A stretch of 64,000 bases of DNA. Origin: Eukaryota sp. GEM-RC1 (Eukaryota). Below are positions 13,801 to 26,860 of this stretch, in pieces (within the stretch, counting starts at the first letter, position 1; each line of letters opens with the position of its first letter). The stretch is taken from assembly GCA_040285855.1 (NCBI GenBank), contig JAUFOQ010000018.1, positions 248,001-312,000 on the forward strand, given 5' to 3'. The translations under genes were made by a program, and so were the position numbers. The notes under the pieces were generated by a model. The model saw nothing but the letters and a program-made list of their open reading frames with translations. It did not search any database and was not told the origin of the DNA.

Positions 13801-16800
13801 GATCGAGGCAACAAAGTCGTCTTGTGTGGGATGTGATTGCTATCTTTGGAATACCGTTTTGTATCCATAGTGATAATGGTACGGAGTTTGCCAATGCTAT
13901 TTTCGAGGCAATATGTAACCTACTGGCGATTGAAGTAAGTCGTTCGATTCCTCATTTCTCCCAGAGTAATGGACTGGTGGAACGACGTCACAGAGACGTT
14001 CTGCAAAGCCTACGTCGTCTTCTTGTGGACTTCAATGATTATGACAATTGGTCAACGTACATTCCAACTGTACAGTTGCAGATCAACGCAACAAAGAGTT
14101 CAATAACTGGACATACTCCTTACGAACTGATGTTTGGTTGTGACATAGTCCTGGTGCAGATCCTAGTAGTTTACTAGATGCTGTTGAGAAATCAACAAAG
14201 AATGTTCCGTTTATTGACGACATTAAAACGAAACTAGAACGTTTAACGAAACAAAGAGAAGAGGCAGAGGATCGTCAATCAGTACTCAAGCCTAAGAAGA
14301 AGTCTAACACTAGTCAATCATTTAAGATTGGAGATCTTGTGTTAAAGGTCGTCAAAACTAGTAAGCTCTATGGAAACTACACTGGACCTTTTCTAGTTGT
14401 CTCAGTTGATTCAAAATCTTTGTTTGATTAAAAATCTGATCACTGGATATGTTAGTAAGACTAGCATTCATCAATGTAAGATCTTACAATCAGATCTACC
14501 TGCTGATCATGATCTCCACAGAGCAATTGCTTCTGGGGATTCTGAAGAACACATCGTGGTTAAGATGCTAGATAGGTTTGATACACCCGATGGTGAATTC
14601 TGCACTGTACTTTGGTTTGGTGGTGATACTACATCAGTTCCCATGAAGGACATCAAGAACACCAAAGCGTATAGTGACTTTGTAAAATTAGACAATTTAG
14701 ATTTATTTCGTAACAATAGAAACAGGTCTAGTAATAACAATACTAAGCATAAACCCACCTCCAGAAGTAAGAGTACTCCAAAGACGTCTTCCAAAGTTAA
14801 GGCACCTGTAGCAAAGAGAACTAGGAGCTCGAAAGGAGAGAAGAAGTAATGTTAGCCACAGGTGTTAGTGAAGTGTTACAAGATCATATGATTTTATTTA
14901 TAAACATCTTTTCCCTACCCTTTGTAGCCAAACGGTATCAATAAATATAGTCCAAGATGGTGAAGAAAAGGACTACTAACCCCCCAAAAGCGGGAAACAA
15001 AACTAATCGAAGAAACAAACCTTTGACAAGATCTAAGTCTAGCTCCAAAATGTCTTCCCGTCGAAAGGAGCCATTGGTTCCTGAGACAGAAGAGTCAGTT
15101 GACTCGTCGGACTTTGAAAGTGACCCATCTGAGGATGGATGCCTGTCTGAGGACGGATGCCTATCTGAGGATAGAAGCCCCACTTCCCACAAGTAGGTGA
15201 CGGAAATCTCACCTGAGGTTGGTGAATCTACTTCTCGTAGAGTTGTAGATGTTCAACCTGAAGGTGGATGCCCATCTGAGGATGGAAGGACTTCGTCTTC
15301 CCGCAAGGATGGCGAAGTGGGTTTGGATACTCATTTCTGTAATTTCAGACCGTATCCCAAGCTTGTTAGAGAAGTATAGAGTAAGCGATGCTGACAGTAG
15401 CAGTTCTCGGCATTCCGAGAGTCATGATGTTGTTGTAACAGCGTCTCCTCTCCCATTCTTCCTCGTAGAAATAGTTTTAATAAAGAAAGCATTCCCGATG
15501 TTGTTCCAGTTCCTCAAAAGAGGTCAACTGAAGTGGTTGAAGAGATTCGCAAGTTACAGGAATCTTTCGCCAAACAGCAGTCTAGAATACTCGAAGCAGA
15601 ACAGAAGCTTTTATTTGAAAAGGAACTTCTAGCTCGTAAGATGAGTCTCTCTCCAGAAGATCGAGGCAACAAAGTCGTCTTGTGTGGGATGTGATTGCTA
15701 TCTTTGGAATACCGTTTTGTATCCATAGTGATAATGGTACGGAGTTTGCCAATGCTATTTTCGAGGCAATATGTAACCTACTGGCGATTGAAGTAAGTCG
15801 TTCGATTCCTCATTTCTCCCAGAGTAATGGACTGGTGGAACGACGTCACAGAGACGTTCTGCAAAGCCTACGTCGTCTTCTTGTGGACTTCAATGATTAT
15901 GACAATTGGTCAACGTACATTCCAACTGTACAGTTGCAGATCAACGCAACAAAGAGTTCAATAACTGGACATACTCCTTACGAACTGATGTTTGGTTGTG
16001 ACATAAGTCCTGGTGCAGATCCTAGTAGTTTACTAGATGCTGTTGAGAAATCAACAAAGAATGTTCCGTTTATTGACGACATTAAAACGAAACTAGAACG
16101 TTTAACGAAACAAAGAGAAGAGGCAGAGGATCGTCAATCAGTACTCAAGCCTAAGAAGAAGTCTAACACTAGTCAATCATTTAAGATTGGAGATCTTGTG
16201 TTAAAGGTCGTCAAAACTAGTAAGCTCCATGGAAACTACACTGGACCTTTTCTAGTTGTCTCAGTTGATTCAAAATCTTTGTTTCATTAAAAATCTGATC
16301 ACTATATATGTTAGTAAGACTAGCATTCATCAATGTAAGATCTTTCAATCAGATCTACCTGCTGATCATGATCTCCACAGAGCAATTGCTTCTGGGAATT
16401 CTGAAGAACACATCGTGGTTAAGATGCTAGATAGGTTTAATACACCCGATGGTGAACTCTGCACTGTACTTTGGTTTGGTGGTGATACTACATCAGTTCC
16501 CATCAAGGACATCAAGAACACCAAAGCGTATAGTGACTTTGTAAAATTAGACAATTTAGATTTATTTCGTAACAATAGAAACAGGTCTAGTAATAACAAT
16601 ACTAACCATAAACCCACCTCCAGAAGTAAGGGTACTCCAAAGACGTCTTCCAAAGTTAAGGCACCTGTAGCAAAGAGAACTAGGAGCTCGAAAGGAGAGA
16701 AGAAGTAATGTTAGCCACAGGTGTTAGTGAAGTGTTACAAGATCATATGATTTTATTTATAAACATCTTTTCCCTACCCTTTGTAGCCAAACGGTATCAA

Positions 16801-19800
16801 TAAATATAGTCCAAGATGGTGAAGAAAAGGAGTACTAACCCCCCAAAAGCGGGAAACAAAACTAATCGAAGAAACAAACCTTTGACAAGATCTAAGTCTA
16901 GCTCCAAAATGTCTTCCCGTCGAAAGGAGCCATTGGTTCCTGAGACAGAAGAGTCAGTTGACTCGTCGGACTTTGAAAGTGACCCATCTGAGGATGGATG
17001 CCTGTCTGAGGACGGATGCCTATCTGAGGATAGAAGCCCCACTTCCCACAAGTAGGTGACGGAAATCTCACCTGAGGTTGGTGAATCTACTTCTCGTAGA
17101 GTTGTAGATGTTCAACCTGAAGGTGGATGCCCATCTGAGGATGGAAGGACTTCGTCTTCCCGCAAGGATGGCGAAGTGGGTTTGGATACTCATTTCTGTA
17201 ATTTCAGACCGTATCCCAAGCTTGTTAGAGAAGTATAGAGTAAGCGATGCTGACAGTAGCAGTACTCCGCATTCCGAGAGTCATGATGTTGTTGTAACAG
17301 CGTCTCCTCTCCCCATTCTTCCTCGTAGAAATAGTTTTAATAAATAAAGCATTCCCGATGTTGTTCCAGTTCCTCAAAAGAGGTCAACTGAAGTGGTTGA
17401 AGAGATTCGCAAGTTACAGGAATCTTTCGCCAAACAGCAGTCTAGAAGACTCGAAGCAGAACAGAAGCTTTTATTTGAAAAGGAACTTCTAGCTCGTAAG
17501 ATGAGTCTCTCTCCAGAAGATCGAGGCAACAAAGTCGTCTTGTGTGGGATGTGATTGCTATCTTTGGAATACCGTTTTGTATCCATAGTGATAATGGTAC
17601 GGAGTTTGCCAATGCTATTTTCGAGGCAATATGTAACCTACTGGCGATTGAAGTAAGTCGTTCGATTCCTCATTTCTCCCAGAGTAATGGACTGGTGGAA
17701 CGACGTCACAGAGACGTTCTGCAAAGCCTACGTCGTCTTCTTGTGGACTTCAATGATTATGACAATTGGTCAACGTACATTCCAACTGTACAGTTGCAAA
17801 TCAACGCAACAAAGAGTTCAATAACTGGACATACTCCTTACGAACTGATGTTTGGTTGTGACATAAGTCCTGGTGCAGATCCTAGTAGTTTACTAGATGC
17901 TGTTGAGAAATCAACAAAGAATGTTCAGTTTATTGACGACATTAAAACGAAACTAGAACGTTTAACGAAACAAAGAGAAGAGGCAGAGGATCGTCAATCA
18001 GTACTCAAGCCTAAGAAGAAGTCTAACACTAGTCAATCATTTAAGATTGGAGATCTTGTGTTAAAGGTCGTCAAAACTAGTAAGCTCCATGGAAACTACA
18101 CTGGACCTTTTCTAGTTGTCTCAGTTGATTCAAAATCTTTGTTTCATTAAAAATCTGATCACTATATATGTTAGTAAGACTAGCATTCATCAATGTAAGA
18201 TCTTTCAATCAGATCTACCTGCTGATCATGATCTCCACAGAGCAATTGCTTCTGGGAATTCTGAAGAACACATCGTGGTTAAGATGCTAGACAGGTTTGA
18301 TACACCCGATGGTGAACTCTGCACAGTACTTTGGTTTGGCGGTGATACTACATCAGTTCCCATCAAGGACATCAAGAACACCAAAGCGTATAGTGACTTT
18401 GTAAAATTAGACAATTTAGATTTATTTCGTAACAATAGAAACAGGTCTAGTAATAACAATACTAAGCATAAACCCACCTCCAGAAGTAAGAGTACTCCAA
18501 AGACGTCTTCCAAAGTTAAGGCACCTGTAGCAAAGAGAACTAGGAGCTCGAAAGGAGAGAAGAAGTAATGTTAGCCACAGGTGTTAGTGAAGTGTTACAA
18601 GATCATATGATTTTATTTATAAACATCTTTTCCCTACCCTTTGTAGCCAAACGGTATCAATAAATATAGTCCAAGATGGTGAAGAAAAGGACTACTAACC
18701 CCCCAAAAGCGGGAAACAAAACTAATCGAAGAAACAACCCTTTGACAAGATCTAAGTCTAGCTCCAAAATGTCTTCCCGTCGAAAGGAGCCATTGGTTCC
18801 TGAGACAGAAGAGTCAGTTGACTCGTCGGACTTTGAAAGTGACCCATCTGAGGTTGGATGCCTGTCTGAGGACGGATGCCTATCTGAGGATAGAAGCCCC
18901 ACTTCCCACAAGTAGGTGACGGAAATCTCACCTGAGGTTGGTGAATCTACTTCTCGTAGAGTTGTAGATGTTCAACCTGAAGGTGGATGCCCATCTGAGG
19001 ATGGAAGGACTTCGTCTTCCCGCAAGGATGGCGAAGTGGGTTTGGATACTCATTTCTGTAATTTCAGACCGTATCTCAAGCTTGTTAGAGAAGTATAGAG
19101 TAAGCAATGCTGACAGTAGCAGTACTCCGCGTTCCGAAAGTCATGATGTTGTTGTAACAGCGTCTCCTCTCCCTATTCTTCCTCGTAGAAATAGTTTTAA
19201 TAAAGAAAGCATTCCTGATGTTGTTCCAGTTCCTCAAAAGAGGGCAACTGAAGTGGTTGAAGAGATTCGCAAGTTACAGGAATCTCTCGCCAAAGAGCAG
19301 TCTAGAAGACTCGAAGCAGAACAGAAGCTATTATTTGAAAAGGAACTTCTAGCTCGTAAGATGAGTCTCTCTCCAGAAGATCGAGGCAACAAAGTCGTCT
19401 TGTGTGGGATGTGATTGCTATCTTTGGAATACCGTTTTGTATCCATAGTGATAATGGTACGGAGTTTGCCAATGCTATTTTCGAGGCAATATGTAACCTA
19501 CTGGCGATTGAAGTAGGTCGTTCGATTCCTCATTTCTCCCAGAGTAATGGACTGCTGGAACGACGTCACAGAGACGTTCTGCAAAGCCTACGTCGTCTTC
19601 TTGTGGACTTCAATGATTATGACAATTGGTCAACGTACATTCCAACTGTACAGTTGCAACAGGTCAACGCAACAAAGAGTTCAATAACTGGACATACTCC
19701 TTACGAACTGATGTTTGGTTGTGACATAAGTCCTGGTGCAGATCCTAGTAGTTTACTAGATGCTGTTGAGAAATCAACAAAGAATGTTCCGTTTATTGAC

Positions 19801-22800
19801 GACATTAAAACGAAACTAGAACGTTTAACGAAACAAAGAGAAGAGGCAGAGGATCGTCAATCAGTACTCAAGCCTAAGAAGAAGTCTAACACTAGTCAAT
19901 CATTTAAGATTGGAGATCTTGTGTTAAAGGTCGTCAAAACTAGTAAGCTCCATGGAAACTACACTGGACCTTTTCTAGTTGTCTCAGTTGATTCAAAATC
20001 TTTGTTTCATTAAAAATCTGATCACTATATATGTTAGTAAGACTAGCATTCATCAATGTAAGATCTTTCAATCAGATCTACCTGCTGATCATGATCTCCA
20101 CAGAGCAATTGCTTCTGGGAATTCTGAAGAACACATCGTGGTTAAGATGCTAGATATGTTTGATACACCCGATGGTGAACTCTGCACAGTACTTTGGTTT
20201 GGCGGTGATACTACATCAGTTCCCATCAAGGACATCAAGAACACCAAAGCGTATAGTGACTTTGTAAAATTAGACAATTTAGATTTATTTCGTAACAATA
20301 GAAACAGGTCTAGTAATAACAATACTAAGCATAAACCCACCTCCAGAAGTAAGAGTACTCCAAAGACGTCTTCCAAAGTTAAGGCACCTGTAGCAAAGAG
20401 AACTAGGAGCTCGAAAGGAGAGAAGAAGTAATGTTAGCCACAGGTGTTAGTGAAGTGTTACAAGATCATATGATTTTATTTATAAACATCTTTTCCCTAC
20501 CCTTTGTAGCCAAACGGTATCAATAAATATAGTCCAAGATGGTGAAGAAAAGGACTACTAACCCCCAAAAGCGGGAAACAAAACTAATCGAAGAAACAAC
20601 CCTTTGACAAGATCTAAGTCTAGCTCCAAAATGTCTTCCCGTCGAAAGGAGCCATTGGTTCCTGAGACAGAAGAGTCAGTTGACTCGTCGGACTTTGAAA
20701 ATGACCCATCTGAGGATGGATGCCTGTCTGAGGACGGATGCCTATCTGAGGATAGAAGCCCCACTTCCCACAAGTAGGTGACGGAAATCTCACCTGAAGT
20801 TGGTGAATCTACTTCTCGTAGAGTTGTAGATGTTCAACCTGAAGGTGGATGCCCATCTGAGGATGGAAGGACTTCGTCTTCCCGCAAGGATGGCGAAGTG
20901 GGTTTGGATACTCATTTCTGTAATTTCAGACCGTATCCCAAGCTTGTTAGAGAAGTATAGAGTAAGCGATGCTGACAGTAGCAGTACTCCGCATTCCGAG
21001 AGTCATGATGTTGTTGTAACAGCGTCTCCTCTCCCCATTCTTCCTCGTAGAAATAGTTTTAATAAAGAAAGCATTCCCGATGTTGTTCCAGTTCCTCAAA
21101 TGAGGTCAACTGAAGTGGTTGAAGAGATTCGCAAGTTACAGGAAACTTTCGCCAAACAGCAGTCTAGAAGACTCGAAGCAGAACAGAAGCTTTTATTTGA
21201 AAAGGAACTTCTAGCTCGTAAGATGAGTCTCTCTCCAGAAGATCGAGGCAACAAAGTCGTCTTGTGTGGGATGTGATTGCTATCTTTGGAATACCGTTTT
21301 GTATCCATAGTGATAATGGTACGGAGTTTGCCAATGCTATTTTCGAGGCAATATGTAACCTACTGGCGATTGAAGTAAGTCGTTCGATTCCTCATTTCTC
21401 CCGGAGTAATGGACTGGTGGAACGACGTCACAGAGACGTTCTGCAAAGCCTACGTCGTCTTCTTGTGGACTTCAATGATTATGACAATTGGTCAACGTAC
21501 ATTCCAACTGTACAGTTGCAGATCAACGCAACAAAGAGTTCAATAACTGGACATACTCCTTACGAACTGATGTTTGGTTGTGACATAGTCCTGGTGCAGA
21601 TCCTAGTAGTTTACTAGATGCTGTTGAGAAATCAACAAAGAATGTTCCGTTTATTGACGACATTAAAACGAAACTAGAACGTTTAACGAAACAAAGAGAA
21701 GAGGCAGAGGATCGTCAATCAGTACTCAAGCCTAAGAAGAAGTTTAACACTAGTCAATCATTTAAGATTGGAGATCTTGTGTTAAAGGTCGTCAAAACTA
21801 GTAAGCTCCATGGAAACTACACTGGACCTTTTCTAGTTGTCTCAGTTGATTCAAAATCTTTGTTTCATTAAAAAATCTGATCACTATATATGTTAGTAAG
21901 ACTAGCATTCATCAATGTAAGATCTTTCAATCAGATCTACCTGCTGATCATGATCTCCACAGAGCAATTGCTTCTGGGAATTCTGAAGAACACATCGTGG
22001 TTAAGATGCTAGATAGGTTTGATACACCCGATGGTGAACTCTGCACAGTACTTTGGTTTGGCGGTGATACTACATCAGTTCCCATCAAGGACATCAAGAA
22101 CACCAAAGCGTATAGTGACTTTGTAAAATTAGACAATTTAGATTTATTTCGTAACAATAGAAACAGGTCTAGTAATAACAATACTAAGCATAAACCCACC
22201 TCCAGAAGTAAGAGTACTCCAAAGACGTCTTCCAAAGTTAAGGCACCTGTAGCAAAGAGAACTAGGAGCTCGAAAGGAGAGAAGAAGTAATGTTAGCCAC
22301 AGGTGTTAGTGAAGTGTTACAAGATCATATGATTTTATTTATAAACATCTTTTCCCTACCCTTTGTAGCCAAACGGTATCAATAAATATAGTCCAAGATG
22401 GTGAAGAAAAGGACTACTAACCCCCCAAAACCGGGAAACAAAACTAATCGAAGAAACAAACCTTTGACAAGATCTAAGTCTAGCTCCAAAATGTCTTCCC
22501 GTCGAAAGGAGCCATTGGTTCCTGAGACAGAAGAGTCAGTTGACTCGTCGGACTTTGAAAATGACCCATCTGAGGATGGATGCCTGTCTGAGGACGGATG
22601 CCTATCTGAGGATAGAAGCCCCACTTCCCACAAGTAGGTGACGGAAATCTCACCTGAAGTTGGTGAATCTACTTCTCGTAGAGTTGTAGATGTTCAACCT
22701 GAAGGTGGATGCCCATCTGAGGATGGAAGGACTTCGTCTTCCCGCAAGGATGGCGAAGTGGGTTTGGATACTCATTTCTGTAATTTCAGACCGTATCCCA

Positions 22801-25800
22801 AGCTTGTTAGAGAAGTATAGAGTAAGCGATGCTGACAGTAGCAGTACTCCGCATTCCGAGAGTCATGATGTTGTTGTAACAGCGTCTCCTCTCCCCATTC
22901 TTCCTCGTAGAAATAGTTTTAATAAAGAAAGCATTCCCGATGTTGTTCCAGTTCCTCAAATGAGGTCAACTGAAGTGGTTGAAGAGATTCGCAAGTTACA
23001 GGAAACTTTCGCCAAACAGCAGTCTAGAAGACTCGAAGCAGAACAGAAGCTTTTATTTGAAAAGGAACTTCTAGCTCGTAAGATGAGTCTCTCTCCAGAA
23101 GATCGAGGCAACAAAGTCGTCTTGTGTGGGATGTGATTGCTATCTTTGGAATACCGTTTTGTATCCATAGTGATAATGGTACGGAGTTTGCCAATGCTAT
23201 TTTCGAGGCAATATGTAACCTACTGGCGATTGAAGTAAGTCGTTCGATTCCTCATTTCTCCCGGAGTAATGGACTGGTGGAACGACGTCACAGAGACGTT
23301 CTGCAAAGCCTACGTCGTCTTCTTGTGGACTTCAATGATTATGACAATTGGTCAACGTACATTCCAACTGTACAGTTGCAGATCAACGCAACAAAGAGTT
23401 CAATAACTGGACATACTCCTTACGAACTGATGTTTGGTTGTGACATAGTCCTGGTGCAGATCCTAGTAGTTTACTAGATGCTGTTGAGAAATCAACAAAG
23501 AATGTTCCGTTTATTGACGACATTAAAACGAAACTAGAACGTTTAACGAAACAAAGAGAAGAGGCAGAGGATCGTCAATCAGTACTCAAGCCTAAGAAGA
23601 AGTCTAACACTAGTCAATCATTTAAGATTGGAGATCTTGTGTTAAAGGTCGTCAAAACTAGTAAGCTCTATGGAAACTACACTGGACCTTTTCTAGTTGT
23701 CTCAGTTGATTCAAAATCTTTGTTTGATTAAAAAATCTGATCACTGGATATGTTAGTAAGACTAGCATTCATCAATGTAAGATCTTACAATCAGATCTAC
23801 CTGCTGATCATGATCTCCACAGAGCAATTGCTTCTGGGAATTCTGAAGAACACATCGTGGTTAAGATGCTAGACAGGTTTGATACACCCGATGGTGAACT
23901 CTGCACAGTACTTTGGTTTGGCGGTGATACTACATCAGTTCCCATCAAGGACATCAAGAACACCAAAGCGTATAGTGACTTTGTAAAATTAGACAATTTA
24001 GATTTATTTCGTAACAATAGAAACAGGTCTAGTAATAACAATACTAAGCATAAACCCACCTCCAGAAGTAAGAGTACTCCAAAGACGTCTTCCAAAGTTA
24101 AGGCACCTGTAGCAAAGAGAACTAGGAGCTCGAAAGGAGAGAAGAAGTAATGTTAGCCACAGGTGTTAGTGAAGTGTTACAAGATCATATGATTTTATTT
24201 ATAAACATCTTTTCCCTACCCTTTGTAGCCAAACGGTATCAATAAATATAGTCCAAGATGGTGAAGAAAAGGACTACTAACCCCCCAAAAGCGGGAAACA
24301 AAACTAATCGAAGAAACAACCCTTTGACAAGATCTAAGTCTAGCTCCAAAATGTCTTCCCGTCGAAAGGAGCCATTGGTTCCTGAGACAGAAGAGTCAGT
24401 TGACTCGTCGGACTTTGAAAGTGACCCATCTGAGGATGGATGCCTGTCTGAGGACGGATGCCTATCTGAGGATAGAAGCCCCACTTCCCACAAGTAGGTG
24501 ACGGAAATCTCACCTGAGGTTGGTGAATCTACTTCTCGTAGAGTTGTAGATGTTCAACCTGAAGGTGGATGCCCATCTGAGGATGGAAGGACTTCGTCTT
24601 CCCGCAAGGATGGCGAAGTGGGTTTGGATACTCATTTCTGTAATTTCAGACCGTATCTCAAGCTTGTTAGAGAAGTATAGAGTAAGCAATGCTGACAGTA
24701 GCAGTACTCCGCGTTCCGAAAGTCATGATGTTGTTGTAACAGCGTCTCCTCTCCCTATTCTTCCTCGTAGAAATAGTTTTAATAAAGAAAGCATTCCTGA
24801 TGTTGTTCCAGTTCCTCAAAAGAGGGCAACTGAAGTGGTTGAAGAGATTCGCAAGTTACAGGAATCTCTCGCCAAAGAGCAGTCTAGAAGACTCGAAGCA
24901 GAACAGAAGCTTTTATTTGAAAAGGAACTTCTAGCTCGTAAGATGAGTCTCTCTCCAGAAGATCGAGGCAACAAAGTCGTCTTGTGTGGGATGTGATTGC
25001 TATCTTTGGAATACCGTTTTGTATCCATAGTGATAATGGTACGGAGTTTGCCAATGCTATTTTCGAGGCAATATGTAACCTACTGGCGATTGAAGTAGGT
25101 CGTTCGATTCCTCATTTCTCCCAGAGTAATGGACTGCTGGAACGACGTCACAGAGACGTTCTGCAAAGCCTACGTCGTCTTCTTGTGGACTTCAATGATT
25201 ATGACAATTGGTCAACGTACATTCCAACTGTACAGTTGCAACAGGTCAACGCAACAAAGAGTTCAATAACTGGACATACTCCTTACGAACTGATGTTTGG
25301 TTGTGACATAAGTCCTGGTGCAGATCCTAGTAGTTTACTAGATGCTGTTGAGAAATCAACAAAGAATGTTCCGTTTATTGACGACATTAAAACGAAACTA
25401 GAACGTTTAACGAAACAAAGAGAAGAGGCAGAGGATCGTCAATCAGTACTCAAGCCTAAGAAGAAGTCTAACACTAGTCAATCATTTAAGATTGGAGATC
25501 TTGTGTTAAAGGTCGTCAAAACTAGTAAGCTCCATGGAAACTACACTGGACCTTTTCTAGTTGTCTCAGTTGATTCAAAATCTTTGTTTCATTAAAAAAT
25601 CTGATCACTATATATGTTAGTAAGACTAGCATTCATCAATGTAAGATCTTTCAATCAGATCTACCTGCTGATCATGATCTCCACAGAGCAATTGCTTCTG
25701 GGAATTCTGAAGAACACATCGTGGTTAAGATGCTAGATAGGTTTGATACACCCGATGGTGAACTCTGCACAGTACTTTGGTTTGGCGGTGATACTACATC

Positions 25801-26121
25801 AGTTCCCATCAAGGACATCAAGAACACCAAAGCGTATAGTGACTTTGTAAAATTAGACAATTTAGATTTATTTCGTAACAATAGAAACAGGTCTAGTAAT
25901 AACAATACTAAGCATAAACCCACCTCCAGAAGTAAGAGTACTCCAAAGACGTCTTCCAAAGTTAAGGCACCTGTAGCAAAGAGAACTAGGAGCTCGAAAG
26001 GAGAGAAGAAGTAATGTTAGCCACAGGTGTTAGTGAAGTGTTACAAGATCATATGATTTTATTTATAAACATCTTTTCCCTACCCTTTGTAGCCAAACGG
26101 TATCAATAAATATAGTCCAAG

Positions 26122-26860
26122 ATGGTGAAGAAAAGGACTACTAACCCCCCAAAAGCGGGAAACAAAACTAATCGAAGAAACAACCCTTTGACAAGATCTA
26201 AGTCTAGCTCCAAAATGTCTTCCCGTCGAAAGGAGCCATTGGTTCCTGAGACAGAAGAGTCAGTTGACTCGTCGGACTTTGAAAATGACCCATCTGAGGA
26301 TGGATGCCTGTCTGAGGACGGATGCCTATCTGAGGATAGAAGCCCCACTTCCCACAAGTAGGTGACGGAAATCTCACCTGAAGTTGGTGAATCTACTTCT
26401 CGTAGAGTTGTAGATGTTCAACCTGAAGGTGGATGCCCATCTGAGGATGGAAGGACTTCGTCTTCCCGCAAGGATGGCGAAGTGGGTTTGGATACTCATT
26501 TCTGTAATTTCAGACCGTATCCCAAGCTTGTTAGAGAAGTATAGAGTAAGCGATGCTGACAGTAGCAGTACTCCGCATTCCGAGAGTCATGATGTTGTTG
26601 TAACAGCGTCTCCTCTCCCCATTCTTCCTCGTAGAAATAGTTTTAATAAAGAAAGCATTCCCGATGTTGTTCCAGTTCCTCAAAAGAGGTCAACTGAAGT
26701 GGTTGAAGAGATTCGCAAGTTACAGGAATCTTTCGCCAAACAGCAGTCTAGAAGACTCGAAGCAGAACAGAAGCTTTTATTTGAAAAGGAACTTCTAGCT
26801 CGTAAGATGAGTCTCTCTCCAGAAGATCGAGGCAACAAAGTCGTCTTGTGTGGGATGTGA
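26122..26860 (+). pseudogene. 5' part of gag-like ORF (representative copy, unit 15)
   Basis: An ATG about 20 bp after the PBS opens a basic/Ser-rich frame with SEDG repeats. It has an in-frame TAG and a frame change, then a predicted coiled coil (EEIRKLQESFAKQQSRRLEAEQKLL). Called gag from position only, with no diagnostic capsid motif seen. Confidence 0.5.
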
